From contig OX597822.1 of assembly GCA_951406725.2 (NCBI GenBank), positions 43,090,001 to 43,154,000 of the forward strand: DNA of 64,000 nt. Reading direction: 5' to 3'. The stretch is from Octopus vulgaris. Its lineage: Eukaryota. Below, piece after piece: positions 13,723-26,339 of the stretch. The translations under genes were made by a program, and so were the position numbers. The notes under the pieces were generated by a model. The model worked only from the letters and a program-made list of their open reading frames with translations, was not told the DNA's origin and did not search any database. The first letter of the stretch is position 1. Every line of letters starts with the position of its first letter.

Positions 13723-13846
13723 TTTAGAGACCCTCCCAGTTATCACAAGACCCACAATTCCTCTTCACGGTTCTGCATTACCGAGCATGCAAGTAACATA
13801 CCACCACATCTCAGCTTATCCTCGACAAACACATTTTTCTATATCT

Positions 13847-15090
13847 TACGAGGGGCATTCAATAAGTAATGCCGCTGACCCACTTCCCATAGCAGTAGAG
13901 CAACGACACTTGGCACAGTTATTAGTCTTTTCCTACATAGGAACTACCCAGAGTTATGCATTTCTCCCATCGTTTGATACAGCTCTGGAGACCGTTTTTG
14001 TAGAAGACCCCAGCTTGGTCCTCCAACCACGACGTGACTTCAGAAATCAAGGCTGCATCATCTGGGAAACGCTTTCCTTTCAAAATCAACTTCATGGCTG
14101 GGAAGAGGTGAAAATCAGAGGGTGCAAGGGAAAGAGTTCATAGCTGCACGCCTGTGCTTCTGATCTGGCGACACGCGAGTTGTGGACCGGAGCGTTGTCC
14201 TGCAGGAGGAGGATGCCTTTGCTGATCTTGCCCCGCCTCTTGATTTTGATAGCTTCTCTTAATTTCCTCAAAAGTGAAGCATAATAGGCTCCTGTAATTG
14301 TGGTACCCTTTGCCAGGAAATCTGTCATCACTACTCCGTCCTGGTCCCAGAAGACTGTGAGCATAACCTTGTCAGCGGAGGGCTGCACCCTTGCCTTCTT
14401 TGGAGGAGGTGAGTCACGGTGCTTTCACTGCATTGACTGGGCTTTGGTCTATGGATCATAGTGATGGACCCAGGTTTTATCCTGTGTGATCAGTCTTTTG
14501 AAAAATTTTGACTCATCTTCTTGGCACACCTCCAAATTCATCCTCGAGCACTCAACGCGTTCTCGCTTCTGGAAAGGTGTGAGCAACCTGGAAATCCATC
14601 TGGCAGACACCTTTTGCATATGCAAATGGTCATGAATGATAGTTTCCACAGACCCGGTACTAATCTTGACCTTATGGGCTATTTGGCGAATAGTTATGCG
14701 TTGACCTTCCAAAATGGCAGCCTCAACTTGACGGACAGACGTCTCATCAACGGCAGAAGAGGGCAACCAGATCTGGGAGTTGTTTCCACAGAGTTCCGAC
14801 TATGTTTGAATTCACAATGCCAGCGTTTTACAAGGTCATATGATGGGGCATCATCACCATAAGTTACTTTCAATAAGTACCTTTCAAATACAAAAACCAG
14901 ATCACTGATCGACACTCAACAGGCTCCATTTCACACTTGACTCAGTTCAAACACCTGTAAATCAGAAACCACAATTAGTTCAGAGCTGTAATTCACCACG
15001 TAATCTATAGAGGTATAAATATGCAAAATTTCAGCTAGATCAAACAACTACAAGTGGGTCAGGGGTATTACTTATTGAACGCCCCTCGTA
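13847..15090 (-). mobile_element. Full-length but inactivated mariner transposon, ~1.24 kb, with TIRs and TA TSD
   Basis: TIRs tacgaggggcattcaataagtaatgcc / ggtattacttattgaacgcccctcgta; transposase motifs LITQDKTWVHHYDP, KVMLTVFWD, LLQDNAPVH, LAPSDFHLF; frameshifts and loss of HPPYSPD. Confidence 0.95.
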
Positions 15091-15755
15091 CCACTACTGA
15101 TGCTTCTAATTCACTTAGCTAATCACTAAACATCATAATTAGTCCGTTCCACGTCGAACATGGCTTTGTTTCCTCACTTCGATTATATTTTGTTATGGCT
15201 GTCATTTTTACAAACATTTGCACATGTTTGCATACAATTGCTTTCATATGCCCACGCTTATAACAACTGCAAAGGACAAATAATGAACCCAGCTCATATT
15301 TTCTCCTAAATCATTGTCTAGCAAACAGTATTCTTTTCTCTACAACTCACCTTTTGTAAAGTGAGTGATGAAGTAAAATCCGAAAAAATTATTTTTGCTG
15401 GTGGAGTTGAAATGTAGTTAACTACACATGAGGAACACTTTATAGTACATCGCTCTGCGACTATATAAACGTCTGTGCATGTGTGTGCATTTGTGTGTGC
15501 ATGTGTACGTGTGTTTGTGTGTGTCTGTGTGTGTGTTTGTGTGTGTAATTATTTTGCTTAGGCATATCGAGATTAATAATTTGTCAGTAGTTAGAATCCA
15601 ATATACATCAGCTTTAAGACATTCATTTTAATGGCTCCACAGAAGTTATAAGGTATTACACACAAGCATTCAGCTCTGAGTGCACTACTTCAAGTGGAAG
15701 AAACAGCTGTAAGCTGATATATCTAATTATGTAATTCCTGTTCCCTTGTCATTCA

Positions 15756-15862
<107 letters not shown>

Positions 15863-16092
15863 GTACGTGTTAGCGTTGATTTGTGGGTTCGATTCTGGCT
15901 AGGATTAAATCCTTAATCCTTAAAAATGTTTTAGCCCGAAGGCCGCGGCCATGCTGGGGCACCAATCTTTCAGTCATTTGTTTATATTTAAAAGTTGTCG
16001 CTTCAAATCGGAGAATATATATTATAATGATATATTATTATACAGTCATATATATATATATATATATATATGCATTTTCAGCCACACATTTT

Positions 16093-16120
<28 letters not shown>

Positions 16121-16128
<8 letters not shown>

Positions 16129-16787
16129 CAACAATTGAGGGTAAAATTAATTAATTATTAATCAATTTCACCAAGTGTTCAGTATGCAAAGGGACCATTT
16201 AAGGCGAATTCAAATTATTACATTATATAAAAGGGCTTAGTAAAATAAATTACTTTGCCGCATACTGAACTCATTAGAAATAGCAGCTAAAAAACTTTTT
16301 TAAAGCTATTTCTAATACTTAAAGAAAATCTCTCTCATATATAGTGTTTGCTTAATTCAACTCACAAAAGTTTGGGGGTAAGGACATTAAAAAATCAAAT
16401 GCTAAGGTTATTTGAGAACGTACGTTTCAAGATTAGTCAAAACAACACTTCTATCTTCAGCTCAGAAACTCCTTGGTTTGGATTTGGAAACACTGAAAGT
16501 AAGAACATACCCTTTCGAAGATCCGCTCGTAACTAACAGTGCCAACAAACCCAAATAAGCAAGTGAAGAATTTCTGTTCTCCCCTTTCCACCAGCGTGGG
16601 TTAAAATCATCAAACGCTATGCTTATTTCGGTAAAATCCGAAGCATTAATTAGAGGGAGATTAATTATAATTTCAACAATTGAGGGTAAAATTAATTAAT
16701 TATTAATCAATTTCACCAAGTGTTCAGTATGCAAAGGGACCATTTAAGGCGAATTCAAATTATTACATTATATAAAAGGGCTTAGTA
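16121..16787 (-). mobile_element. Non-coding ~545 bp unit with ~120 bp terminal direct repeat, carrying a hammerhead (retrozyme/PLE-LTR-like)
   Basis: 16121-16240 repeated at 16666-16787; HHR at 16413-16464. Confidence 0.75.
16413..16464 (-). ncRNA. Minimal type I hammerhead ribozyme motif
   Basis: tgag CTGAAGA taga...tctt GAAA cgtacg TT ctca. Confidence 0.7.
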
Positions 16788-17037
16788 TATATATATATAA
16801 CGCTTTCATACTTGCGTACATACTTAATATCACTCTATCTATATATCACGGTATCGACCACTCTATCGAATGCTGTTATACATCGCTGGTCACAATGCGC
16901 TTTGAATTATTTTAACTTTGTAATTATGATAGCCCGCTGGCTTTGCGAACAGACCAATATGTGTATGTATGTACACACGCACACACAGACACGCACACAC
17001 ACACATATATATATATGTATATATATGTATATATAGT

Positions 17038-17210
17038 TGTGTCTGTGTTTGTTACTCCCCCGGTTAAGGGTGTATTTACGTCTTCCTAAATCAGCGCTTC
17101 GGCAAAACAGACCGATAGAATAATTAAGTACCAGGGTTTAAAAAAAATTAATAAAAAAAGATTTAATAAAAAAAAAAAAACGAAATACTGGGATCGATTC
17201 GTTTGGCTAA
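17038..17210 (+). mobile_element. SINE family C 3' half (degenerate)
   Basis: gtgtctgtgtttgt...cggcaaaacagaccgatagaataa...gggatcgattcg. Confidence 0.65.
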
Positions 17211-17768
17211 ACAATAAAAAAATAAAAAATTAAAGATTAAAGATAAAAGATTGAATATAAAAGATATGTCGGAGGACAGATCTGTGAGTCAGGACTCGCC
17301 GATCAGGGATGACCCGATTTTACATAATATCAGCAAGTTAAACAACAAGAAGAGCAACAATGGAAGAAACTGTCAGAAAAACAACATTGATGTGAACACA
17401 CAGATAAACACATAAGTTGTTTACCTTCAAGTAAGGTATGCAATATTGAGCTGAACAATTTAAATATTTATTCAATAGAATATCAGTGTATTTCTCACAG
17501 CAGAATGTCATTTCTTTTGTTTTTGTTATTTCATGAGATTATTTCAGAATTGCTATAAATAAAATGAATCTAATATGAAAATGAATTTATCTCAAAACTG
17601 AGATATTACAATTAAAAAAAAAACAACAAAACAAACAAAAACAAACAAAAACAAGTAAAAGTAAAATAAAATAAAATAAAATAAAATCGATTCTGTGCAT
17701 TCGATTCATTTATTTCAATCTTCTTGTTCCCAAGTAACAACAATTTTACAGGAAACGATTCTCAACTA

Positions 17769-17901
<133 letters not shown>

Positions 17902-18228
17902 CTTACGTATGTGTGTGTGTGGGTGGCTGATTGTCTGTGTTTTTGAACTATGTATATCATACATATATGTTAGTATAATACACACACATACATACATACA
18001 CACATACACACACAAATAAAATAGAGCGATATATATATATATGTATGTATATATATATATATGTATACATACACACTCACACACATATATATTTATTCAA
18101 TTGAATATATATGTAAAATATATATATATATATTTAAATATATATATGTAAAATATACACTGTACACACACGCGCATATATTTTATACATGTAAATATGT
18201 ATAATATAAACGTATATATATATATATT

Positions 18229-18279
<51 letters not shown>

Positions 18280-18903
18280 ACTATATACATTATACATTAT
18301 AAAACAAGCATTGTTTTAGCTATGAAATTATCGTAACCCGTGTTTTACCTGTTCTGTTCCTTACAACCTCGGGATTTTATTCGCATTTTTAGCAGCTAAA
18401 TTTGCTAAATCGTGAGTTGTATGGTGTCTCTCAGCTTTTGGAAGCATGCTCGAAGCTTACTAATGTAATGCACACACACATACACACACGCACACGCACG
18501 CACACATGTGTGTAAAATTATTTGTGAAAAGTCATATGTAACACGCTCGAGCATAATGGACGCCCCTCATTGTTATTACCTCATATCTTATTAGTCTGTT
18601 ATTACGTAACATGCTTCACTATTTTAGTATACATACCGTATTGGTATTTCCTCCTAAGTTCTATATACTCTGGGAACGTATTAAAACCCTCTTTGGGGCT
18701 ACTTTATTTGAATTCTTACTATCGGATAACTAATTTCATGTTATTACATAACTGACTTCACAATTTAGGTATTCATAACTTATTGGAAATTCCTAAAAAC
18801 AAGATCCTGTGTTAGACAGTTTTAAGGGCTACATACTTTGTATTGTTGTTATTGGATTAGCGAAACAATTATGAGAACGGAACCAAGGGATAAGTTCCGC
18901 CTT

Positions 18904-18930
18904 TCCGGGAATTACCGGGTACATCAGCTA

Positions 18931-18931
<1 letters not shown>
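18904..18931 (+). mobile_element. Helitron-like 3' terminus
   Basis: Hairpin tccgg-gaatta-ccggg, short spacer, then CTAG followed by T. Confidence 0.5.
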
Positions 18932-18987
<56 letters not shown>

Positions 18988-18997
18988 TATATATACA

Positions 18998-19185
18998 TAG
19001 GGAGAGTTTACGAAAAAACCAAAAGACGAAGACAGGTGGTGTACAAAACAAACAGATGTTTTAGTATAACGCTCAGGAATAGAAAAAGTCTTTTACGTTT
19101 CGAGCCTATGCTCTTCTACAGAAAGGGACACAGAAAAAACAAAGAGAGAAAAAAATGTGTGTAGTGGCTAACGATCTATCATGGC
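18998..19185 (-). repeat. ~190 bp PLE-LTR-like repeat with degenerate HHR
   Basis: cttt CTGTAGA a gagc-atag-gctc GAAA cg TA aaag on the minus strand. Confidence 0.7.
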
Positions 19186-19203
19186 GACTATGATATATAT
19201 ATA

Positions 19204-19508
19204 TTACAGTTCTATATTTAAGAGATGAGGAATTATGTGCATTATTTACGTTATTTACATTCAACGGATATTTGTTCTCATTTTGTTTGTTGTTAACACA
19301 ACGTTTCGGCTGATATACCCTCCAGCCTTCTTCAGGTGCCTTGGGGAACTTTCAAACCTGGGTTCTCATTCCTAAGGTATTTTTCGATGTTATTCTTCTT
19401 CTTCTTCTTCTTATTATTATTATTATTGTTCAAGTCACTGCTTGGGGTCGAACTCGGAATCTTGGGATTAGTAGCCCGCGCTCTTAACCACTACGCCATA
19501 TGCCCATG

Positions 19509-19511
<3 letters not shown>
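19204..19511 (-). mobile_element. tRNA-headed SINE containing a hammerhead motif
   Basis: Head 19435-19505 with A box TGGCGTAGTGG, B box GTTCGACCC and ACT anticodon-like loop; (AAT/AAG)n linker; HHR at 19296-19339. Confidence 0.75.
19296..19339 (-). ncRNA. Minimal type I hammerhead ribozyme motif
   Basis: gcac CTGAAGA a ggctg-loop-cagcc GAAA cg TT gtgt. Confidence 0.7.
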
Positions 19512-19549
<38 letters not shown>

Positions 19550-19807
19550 TCACAATAAGGGTGAAAAAATTGAATATTAATTAATAACATCAATTTAAAA
19601 CACCAAGTGGCCTAGCGTAAAAAAACTGAGATACAGTAAAAAACTTTTAATACAAGTAATAAGAGAGAGACCACATGTGGTCACTCTAACGCTAGAAATA
19701 GATCTGCAAAGGGAATCCACCACTAAAGAATTGTTCTCAAGTATTAATTCAACACGCCAAGAATGTAAGCGGGCAGGACAAATGAATAATAACGAAAAAA
19801 TAGATTA

Positions 19808-19883
19808 ACTCTATACAATTGTTTCATCGTTTATAGATTGTGTAATTTTACTTACGTAATCATTTTCGAATCCTCAGTAGAGT
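19808..19883 (-). ncRNA. Type I hammerhead ribozyme motif (copy 1)
   Basis: actcta CTGAGGA ttcg...cgat GAAA caattg TA tagagt; 6 bp stem I, palindromic stem III. Confidence 0.8.
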
Positions 19884-20332
19884 ATATCAAAAATATAATT
19901 TGCTGAACCGAACGCCAAAATCCATACGAAGCCGAGCAAAGGCGAACGGCACAGCCGATTATATTTGCAGTTACGTTCAAATATCCTCATTTTCGGCGCG
20001 TTGAAAATACCGGATGTAAATACTACCCCAGTAATTTACTGCCGGTTTGAGAACATATTAATTTATAATTAAAATCACAATAAGGGTGAAAAAATTGAAT
20101 ATTAATTAATAACATCAATTTAAAACACCAAGTGGCCTAGCGTAAAAAAACTGAGATACAGTAAAAAACTTTTAATACAAGTAATAAGAGAGAGACCACA
20201 TGTGGTCACTCTAACGCTAGAAATAGATCCGCAAAGGGAATCCACCACTAAAGAATTGTTCTCAAGTATTAATTCAACACGCCAAGAATGTAAGCGGGCA
20301 GGACAAATGAGAAATAACGAAAAAATAGATTA

Positions 20333-20408
20333 ACTCTATACAATTGTTTCATCATGTATAGATTGTGTAATTTTACTTACGTAATCACTTTCGAATCCTC
20401 AGTAGAGT
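20333..20408 (-). ncRNA. Type I hammerhead ribozyme motif (copy 2)
   Basis: Same core and stem I as copy 1, 525 bp away. Confidence 0.78.
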
Positions 20409-20615
20409 ATATCAAAAATATAATTTGTTGAACCGAACGCCAAAATCCATACGAAGCCGAGCAAAGGCGAACGGCACAGCCGATTATATTTGCAGTTACG
20501 TTCAAATATCCTCATTTTTTAATTAATACTTGAGAACAATTCTTTAGTGCTGGATTCCCTTTGCAGATCTATTTCTAGCGTTAGAGTGACCACATGTGGT
20601 CTCTCTCTTATTACT

Positions 20616-20748
<133 letters not shown>

Positions 20749-21134
20749 ACTGAAATAAGTAAATGATAAATGAAAGATATATGACTAAATTGCTTATAAA
20801 TTCGCTTTCTCCTAATCCTGAACTATCAATAGCACTGCATGAGGTCCTGGACAATTATCTTCTAATATTGTCTTGGAGAGATGGAAACTATTTGAATGGA
20901 CTGCACTTATTATTCGATGTCATGCTCTTTCTGAAAATGGATTATGTTGAATAAACGAAAGCCTACGGAATATTCAGTCATCTAACTAGACACTCGTCAT
21001 CGCAACCGACTGAGACACCTCTCCTTTATAACCTTCCTTCCTTCTTTCCTTCCTTCCTTCCTTCCTTCCTTCCTTTCTTCCTTTCTAGCTATTGTTCTGT
21101 CTGTCATATGACAGCTGGTTATGACATATGACAT

Positions 21135-21820
21135 GCGCTGAGACTGCAACATCTCCGGCGCTTCATAAATGACGGTGAACAGGTGTGGTCGCCGTTTGTG
21201 TGGCGCGCTATCCCGTAGCTCGCCTCTTTGGCCGAACTACAGTCGTGGATCAAAGAGAGACCGAGGCTAGGCGAATGGCACCGCGAGTGTCGCGTTGCTC
21301 TCAAGCAACTCTGCCGCCCGGGACCAAACTTCTATAGAGGATTAGTGGAGGGGAGGTGCGACGACGTTCTCGAGCAGAATCTGGTCAACGAGGAACACCT
21401 GACCCGCCTGTTCAGGACAGCTTTCGGGCCGGGACCTATGGAAAATCACCAGAGATACCTGGCTTGGCAGTGCTATCGAGAAGCATTACCTGTTCGGGAT
21501 AAGCTCTACAGGCACGGTTCGAGGCACACCGGACCGACTTGCCGGAGATGTGGTCAGAGCGACGAAACCGTTCTGCACGCACTCGTGCAGTGTTCAACAA
21601 TTTCGGACCTGTGGGCTTATGCCGAACGGCTGCTGTCATGTGTGGGACGAGTCCGCCTGTCGGCCGAGTCTATCGTGAAAGTTGCTCCGCCACCTTCCCT
21701 CAACGGGAAGGTAAGGCAGTCTTCATCGTACTGGTGGCTATGGTGAAAGAATGTGTGGACTCGAGCGAAGGATTAGAGACAAACACTTATCTCTCTGGCC
21801 AATCACTCATCATCTTTTTC
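21135..21820 (+). mobile_element. Tx1-like LINE fragment (zf-RVT region)
   Basis: YLAWQCYREALPVRDKL...CRRCGQSDETVLHALVQC; paralogous to 1250-1923. Confidence 0.85.
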
Positions 21821-21856
21821 TAGTACGTCTGTCTGTCTGTCTGTCTAGTACGTTTT

Positions 21857-21889
<33 letters not shown>

Positions 21890-22021
21890 ATGTACATATA
21901 CACATATACATACATATATATACATATGTATATATCTATATACATATGTATATATATGTATATACTTATATACAGCTATATATATATGTATATATATATG
22001 TGTGTGTTTATATAAGTATAT

Positions 22022-22052
<31 letters not shown>

Positions 22053-22770
22053 GTGCATAGACACACACATGCACACACACAGACGGAGACACGGAAACTG
22101 TGTGGAAGCCCCTCTTATAATATATATATGTATATATGTATGTGCGTCTATCTTTGTGTTTGTTTTTGTCACATCCCACCGCTTAACTACCGGTGTCAGT
22201 TGTTTACGTCCCCGTAGGAAATTATTTCTCTCCGTTTACTTTGTATGTAAAAACACACCCAGCCCAGTTCCACGTACCGTCAACGGATTACCCAACACAG
22301 TGTTTCGGTGTTATTTCGCCTCCTCATTGACAGGAAGCATCTTGGTTTTTAGGAACGCATAGATATCGGTATATAGAATATATGTCGATACATAGAAAAC
22401 AGTAAACGATACTAGCTATGTTTAAATATACACATATGTGCGCCTTCGCACACATATACATAGGGACACACACACATACAGAACACATAGCATGTTATAT
22501 ATATCATATATCTTATACATATATACATACACACGCACGTGTGTATTTTTGGGTATACTATATGATATACTTGTGTGTGTGTGTGTACGTGTGCGTGTTA
22601 GTGTATTGTATGTATGTTCTTTAACACTCGGCGTATGTAGGGAGCTTTCCCAGGACGCTATCCTGCAGCAATTTCGGCGTATAAGCAAAACGCATACACT
22701 GTATATGTGCGATCGATAATGTTTACATTAACAGCGGTGCTTTTAATTTGTAATTATATATGTATATATA

Positions 22771-22806
<36 letters not shown>

Positions 22807-22898
22807 TGTATGTATGTATGTATGTATGTATGTATGTATGTATGTATGTATGTATGTATGTATGTATGTATGTATGTATGTATATATATATGTATGTA

Positions 22899-22978
<80 letters not shown>

Positions 22979-23859
22979 CACGTTTGTGTAGCTATTATTA
23001 TTTCAGAATGTATCACACGCAACACAATCAGAATTTAACGAGGAAATCCCCTTCGGACACTAAAAATTCATTACATCGATATCATTTCGGATAATTCCGC
23101 GTAAATACAGCGATGGAGGTGACGGAAAGGGTGGAAGGAGCGAGATTGAAACGAACCCCGGGAATTACAAAATTGTAGGGCATCCAACAATTGTTTGAGA
23201 TCTCCGCAGTGACGGTGACGGTGGCGGCTGCGCTGTTCGGGGTCAATGGAAAGATACAAATGGCGGATTAGAGCGATAGAATCCCCTGCATCCCGTGAGA
23301 GAGAGAGAGAGAGGATTTAAGTATTTGTCTCATTAATTTCGTTGATGTTATTTATGCAATAGTCGTAGTTTTATTGAGTGCTTCCACTACAAAAGCGACC
23401 AACAGCATACAACAGCTCGTTTGAGTTGTATATTAAATACATTACAATATTTACTAAACGTGCAGACTTGGCAGAGTGGGTTAGAACATTGCGTAGAAAC
23501 AGCCTGCGGTATTGATTCCGAATTCATGTCCTCTGAGTTTAGAATGCTACCGGTGTTAACCTTGTACTTAAGCTTTTCATAAATGTTTGATAAAGCAGCT
23601 GTTAAATTCTGGTGTCATTTCTTTTTTGTTTTTTCTCTCTCTCCGTTTATTTAGCTTTCTATGTATTTCATTCTTGTTCCGATGTGAAGGTGGGCATATC
23701 GCATGGGACCACAAATCAGCTCCTTATGGTCGACGCTGATTCCTTACTGGAATTGTCCAGGTACAGACCAATGCACACCTCAGGATGCAATGGAAATAAA
23801 GACAATATATAGTATAAAGAATATATATATATATATATATATATTCTTTTATTATTTTA

Positions 23860-24060
23860 TTCTTTTACTTGTTTCAGTCATTTGACTGTGGCCATGCTGG
23901 AGCACCGCTTTTAGTCGAACAAATCGACCTCAGAACTTATTCCTTGTAAGCCTAGTACTAATTCTATCGGTCTTTTTGCCGAACCGCTAAGTTACGTGGA
24001 CGTAAACACACAAGCATCGGTCGTCAAGCGATGGTGGAGGTACAAACACAGACACACAAA
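23860..24060 (-). mobile_element. SINE family C 3' half
   Basis: gtttcagtcatttgactgtggccatgctggagcaccgc...gaaccgctaagttacg. Confidence 0.85.
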
Positions 24061-24061
24061 A

Positions 24062-24124
<63 letters not shown>

Positions 24125-24126
<2 letters not shown>

Positions 24127-24665
24127 CAGTGTGGGTGAAAAATAAGTAGGCATTAAAAATAGTTATAAAATATGGTAATAAAATCCATATTTCTTTTACA
24201 AATTTATTGAAACAAATGATACATGTTCTTTATACGGGAAAATGACAGTAAATCATATTTCAACGTAAGGACCGGTGGCGTCAACTACTTCCCACAAACG
24301 GCCAGAGATTGAACGAACAAACTTCTGAAGGACGACGTCTGGGATATGATTGAGAACCTCCTGAATATGTGTCTCCAAGTCCTCCAGTGTGCAAGGTACT
24401 GCCTTGTACACCTCTTTTGTGTAGCTACTTCTTGGAGTTCTGGTCTTCTGCGGTCACGGTCTTCAGGTTTTAGCTCCTGCAAGTAATGGGTTTTCCACGG
24501 ACGAGAATTCAATTGTTTATGCAACATCATACGCATTGCGTGTCTTGTTAGTCCACTTTCACGAGCTGCTTTGATGTGTTGATTTTTGCGGGCTGCGAGT
24601 AAAACATTTCCTGCACTGTTGCCACGTTGTCCACTGGTCGGGATGTGGTTGGATGGTCATTTCTT
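24125..24665 (-). mobile_element. Tc1/mariner-superfamily transposon relic (internally deleted)
   Basis: TA-CAGTGTGGG terminus; RMMLHKQLNSRPWKTHYLQELKPEDRDRR resembles the HTH-linker of IS630/Tc1-type transposases. Confidence 0.5.
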
Positions 24666-24669
24666 GCTG

Positions 24670-24878
24670 AAGGGGTGCTGAAAAGTTCCTGGCTATAAGT
24701 GTATCACAAACAGACTGGCTGCAGACCCAAATTCCCGAGTTCTTTTACAGGGCTTAGAAAAACTGAAGGACCGCTGCAATAAGTGTGAGAATCAGAGAGG
24801 GGAATATGTTGAAGAAAATCATAATTAATAGATCTTCCAGTATTTTCTTTTACTCAAAGCCAGGAACTTTTCAGCACA
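24670..24878 (+). mobile_element. ~210 bp mariner-derived MITE
   Basis: TIRs gtgctgaaaagttcctggct / agccaggaacttttcagcac; interior encodes a mariner C-terminus GLEKLKDRCNKC...GEYVE. Confidence 0.8.
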
Positions 24879-25646
24879 TTCTCGGCTCTGATATGTTAGT
24901 GAGATATACAGATGCAGTCAAAATCGGAAATATTTTTTTATATTCATTCCCAGACAATCCATCTTAGCAATAGCATTGAATATTTTTCAGCAGCGACGCC
25001 GTTCTACATAGAAAGGCCATACCTTAATAAAACTTTTTAACAGCAGTTAATCACATTTACAATATCTTTTTACAGAATTGTAAAATAATGGGCATTTTTG
25101 GTTGCATCTTGGGAGTTTGATGATTTCAATATCGCTTTTGCTTGAAAAGTATTTTGTAACTATTTGCTTTCATAGCACCTGCGAGTACAACATGATGTTC
25201 ATGTATTAAAAAGTGTCTACACTTCTTTTCAAAAGTAGCATCATTCTTAGCTTCGGGAAAATACTTACACATAAACACTTTCTAACATGCAGATAGTTTC
25301 TCCTCCAGGTCTTCCTGGTTGAGATAGATTTGTCCAGATGGTGTAGGGCCTCGTGTTCGAATTAGACAAGGAATGCTTCTTGAAAGATCCTCTGCCTTCT
25401 GAAATGCCTCATGTTGCTCTTCTCCCATTTAAACATGTTTCACGTATTCTACTTAGTACTACCGTTTAGCAGATATCTGCGGCGTCATGTGTGAATCTAT
25501 TTGATCCATGGGCAACCTTCGATGCATTGAGATATGATGTGACATTTAAAGTTTGTTTGAATAGATGTTAAGCTTCTTCCTTGTTTTTGTGTCAGGGATA
25601 GATGGCCAGTATTACTTTTGGTACATAAATTCTCTTTGTAGTTCAT

Positions 25647-25952
25647 AGCATGGCCAAGTGGCTAGAGTATTCGAATCACGATTATAAGGCCATAACTTCG
25701 ATACACGTCAGTGGTTTGTATCCTTGAGCAAGACTTTTTATTTCATATTGATCCAGTCCACCCACCTACCAAAACTGAGTTGTACCTGTAATTCAAAGAA
25801 CCAGCCTTGTTTTATTCTGTATCACGCTGCTGAATCTCCCTGAGAACTAGTTTAAGGGGATGTTTGTCTGTGAAGGGCTCAGCCACTCGCACGAAGCAGG
25901 CTGTTTCGTCGATGGGATGAACTGGAACGCTCGTCCTCGTAAGCGACGGAGA
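25647..25952 (+). mobile_element. Old tRNA-derived SINE (family B-like head, tail shared with 48200-48378)
   Basis: tggccaagtggctagag head, ccttgagcaagact core, gaatctccctgagaact...gacggag tail. Confidence 0.7.
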
Positions 25953-26339
25953 GGTAGGCTAAGTTAATATATTCCATAAACAGCTCACACTTTACTTAAC
26001 ATCCACAAGTAACCCAAATATTTGTATGCATTTTGGTTCAACAAACACGTACTGAATCACAGGTTTATTGTGAGCCGAAATATCTGAGAATTATTTCTTT
26101 TATTCGGAAGCCAACCAACCAACCAACCAACCAACCAACCAACCAACAAACAAACAAACAAACCCAAACTTTAGACTTTGTCAAAACAAAAATATTTTGA
26201 TCGAAACAACCAAAGGAAAAGAATAAGACGTCTTCAAAACTATAACCAATCAAAATTTAGATGCTTTTCCATAAAACCATATATAAATTCGAAACCAAAG
26301 TACTTCCAACTCCAACAAGCCGTGAAAGATAGAGAGACC

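Noticed and set aside
12887-13723. Poly-Met/Val (or poly-His on +) ORFs
   Set aside because: Cryptic (CAT/CAC)n arrays with no domain or splice evidence
17266-17415. Short ATG-initiated ORF (MSEDRSVSQDSPIRDD..., ~49 aa)
   Set aside because: No recognisable homology and no supporting gene structure
19435-19505. Possible tRNA-Ser(ACT) gene; similar heads at 3600-3670, 37940-38010 and 48005-48075
   Set aside because: Acceptor stems are imperfect and each head runs into a repeat body, so these are SINE heads
19541-20517. CRISPR array, or assembly artefact, as explanation for the tandem units
   Set aside because: No repeat-spacer structure in this eukaryotic context; the two units differ by several substitutions and indels, arguing against a pure assembly duplication
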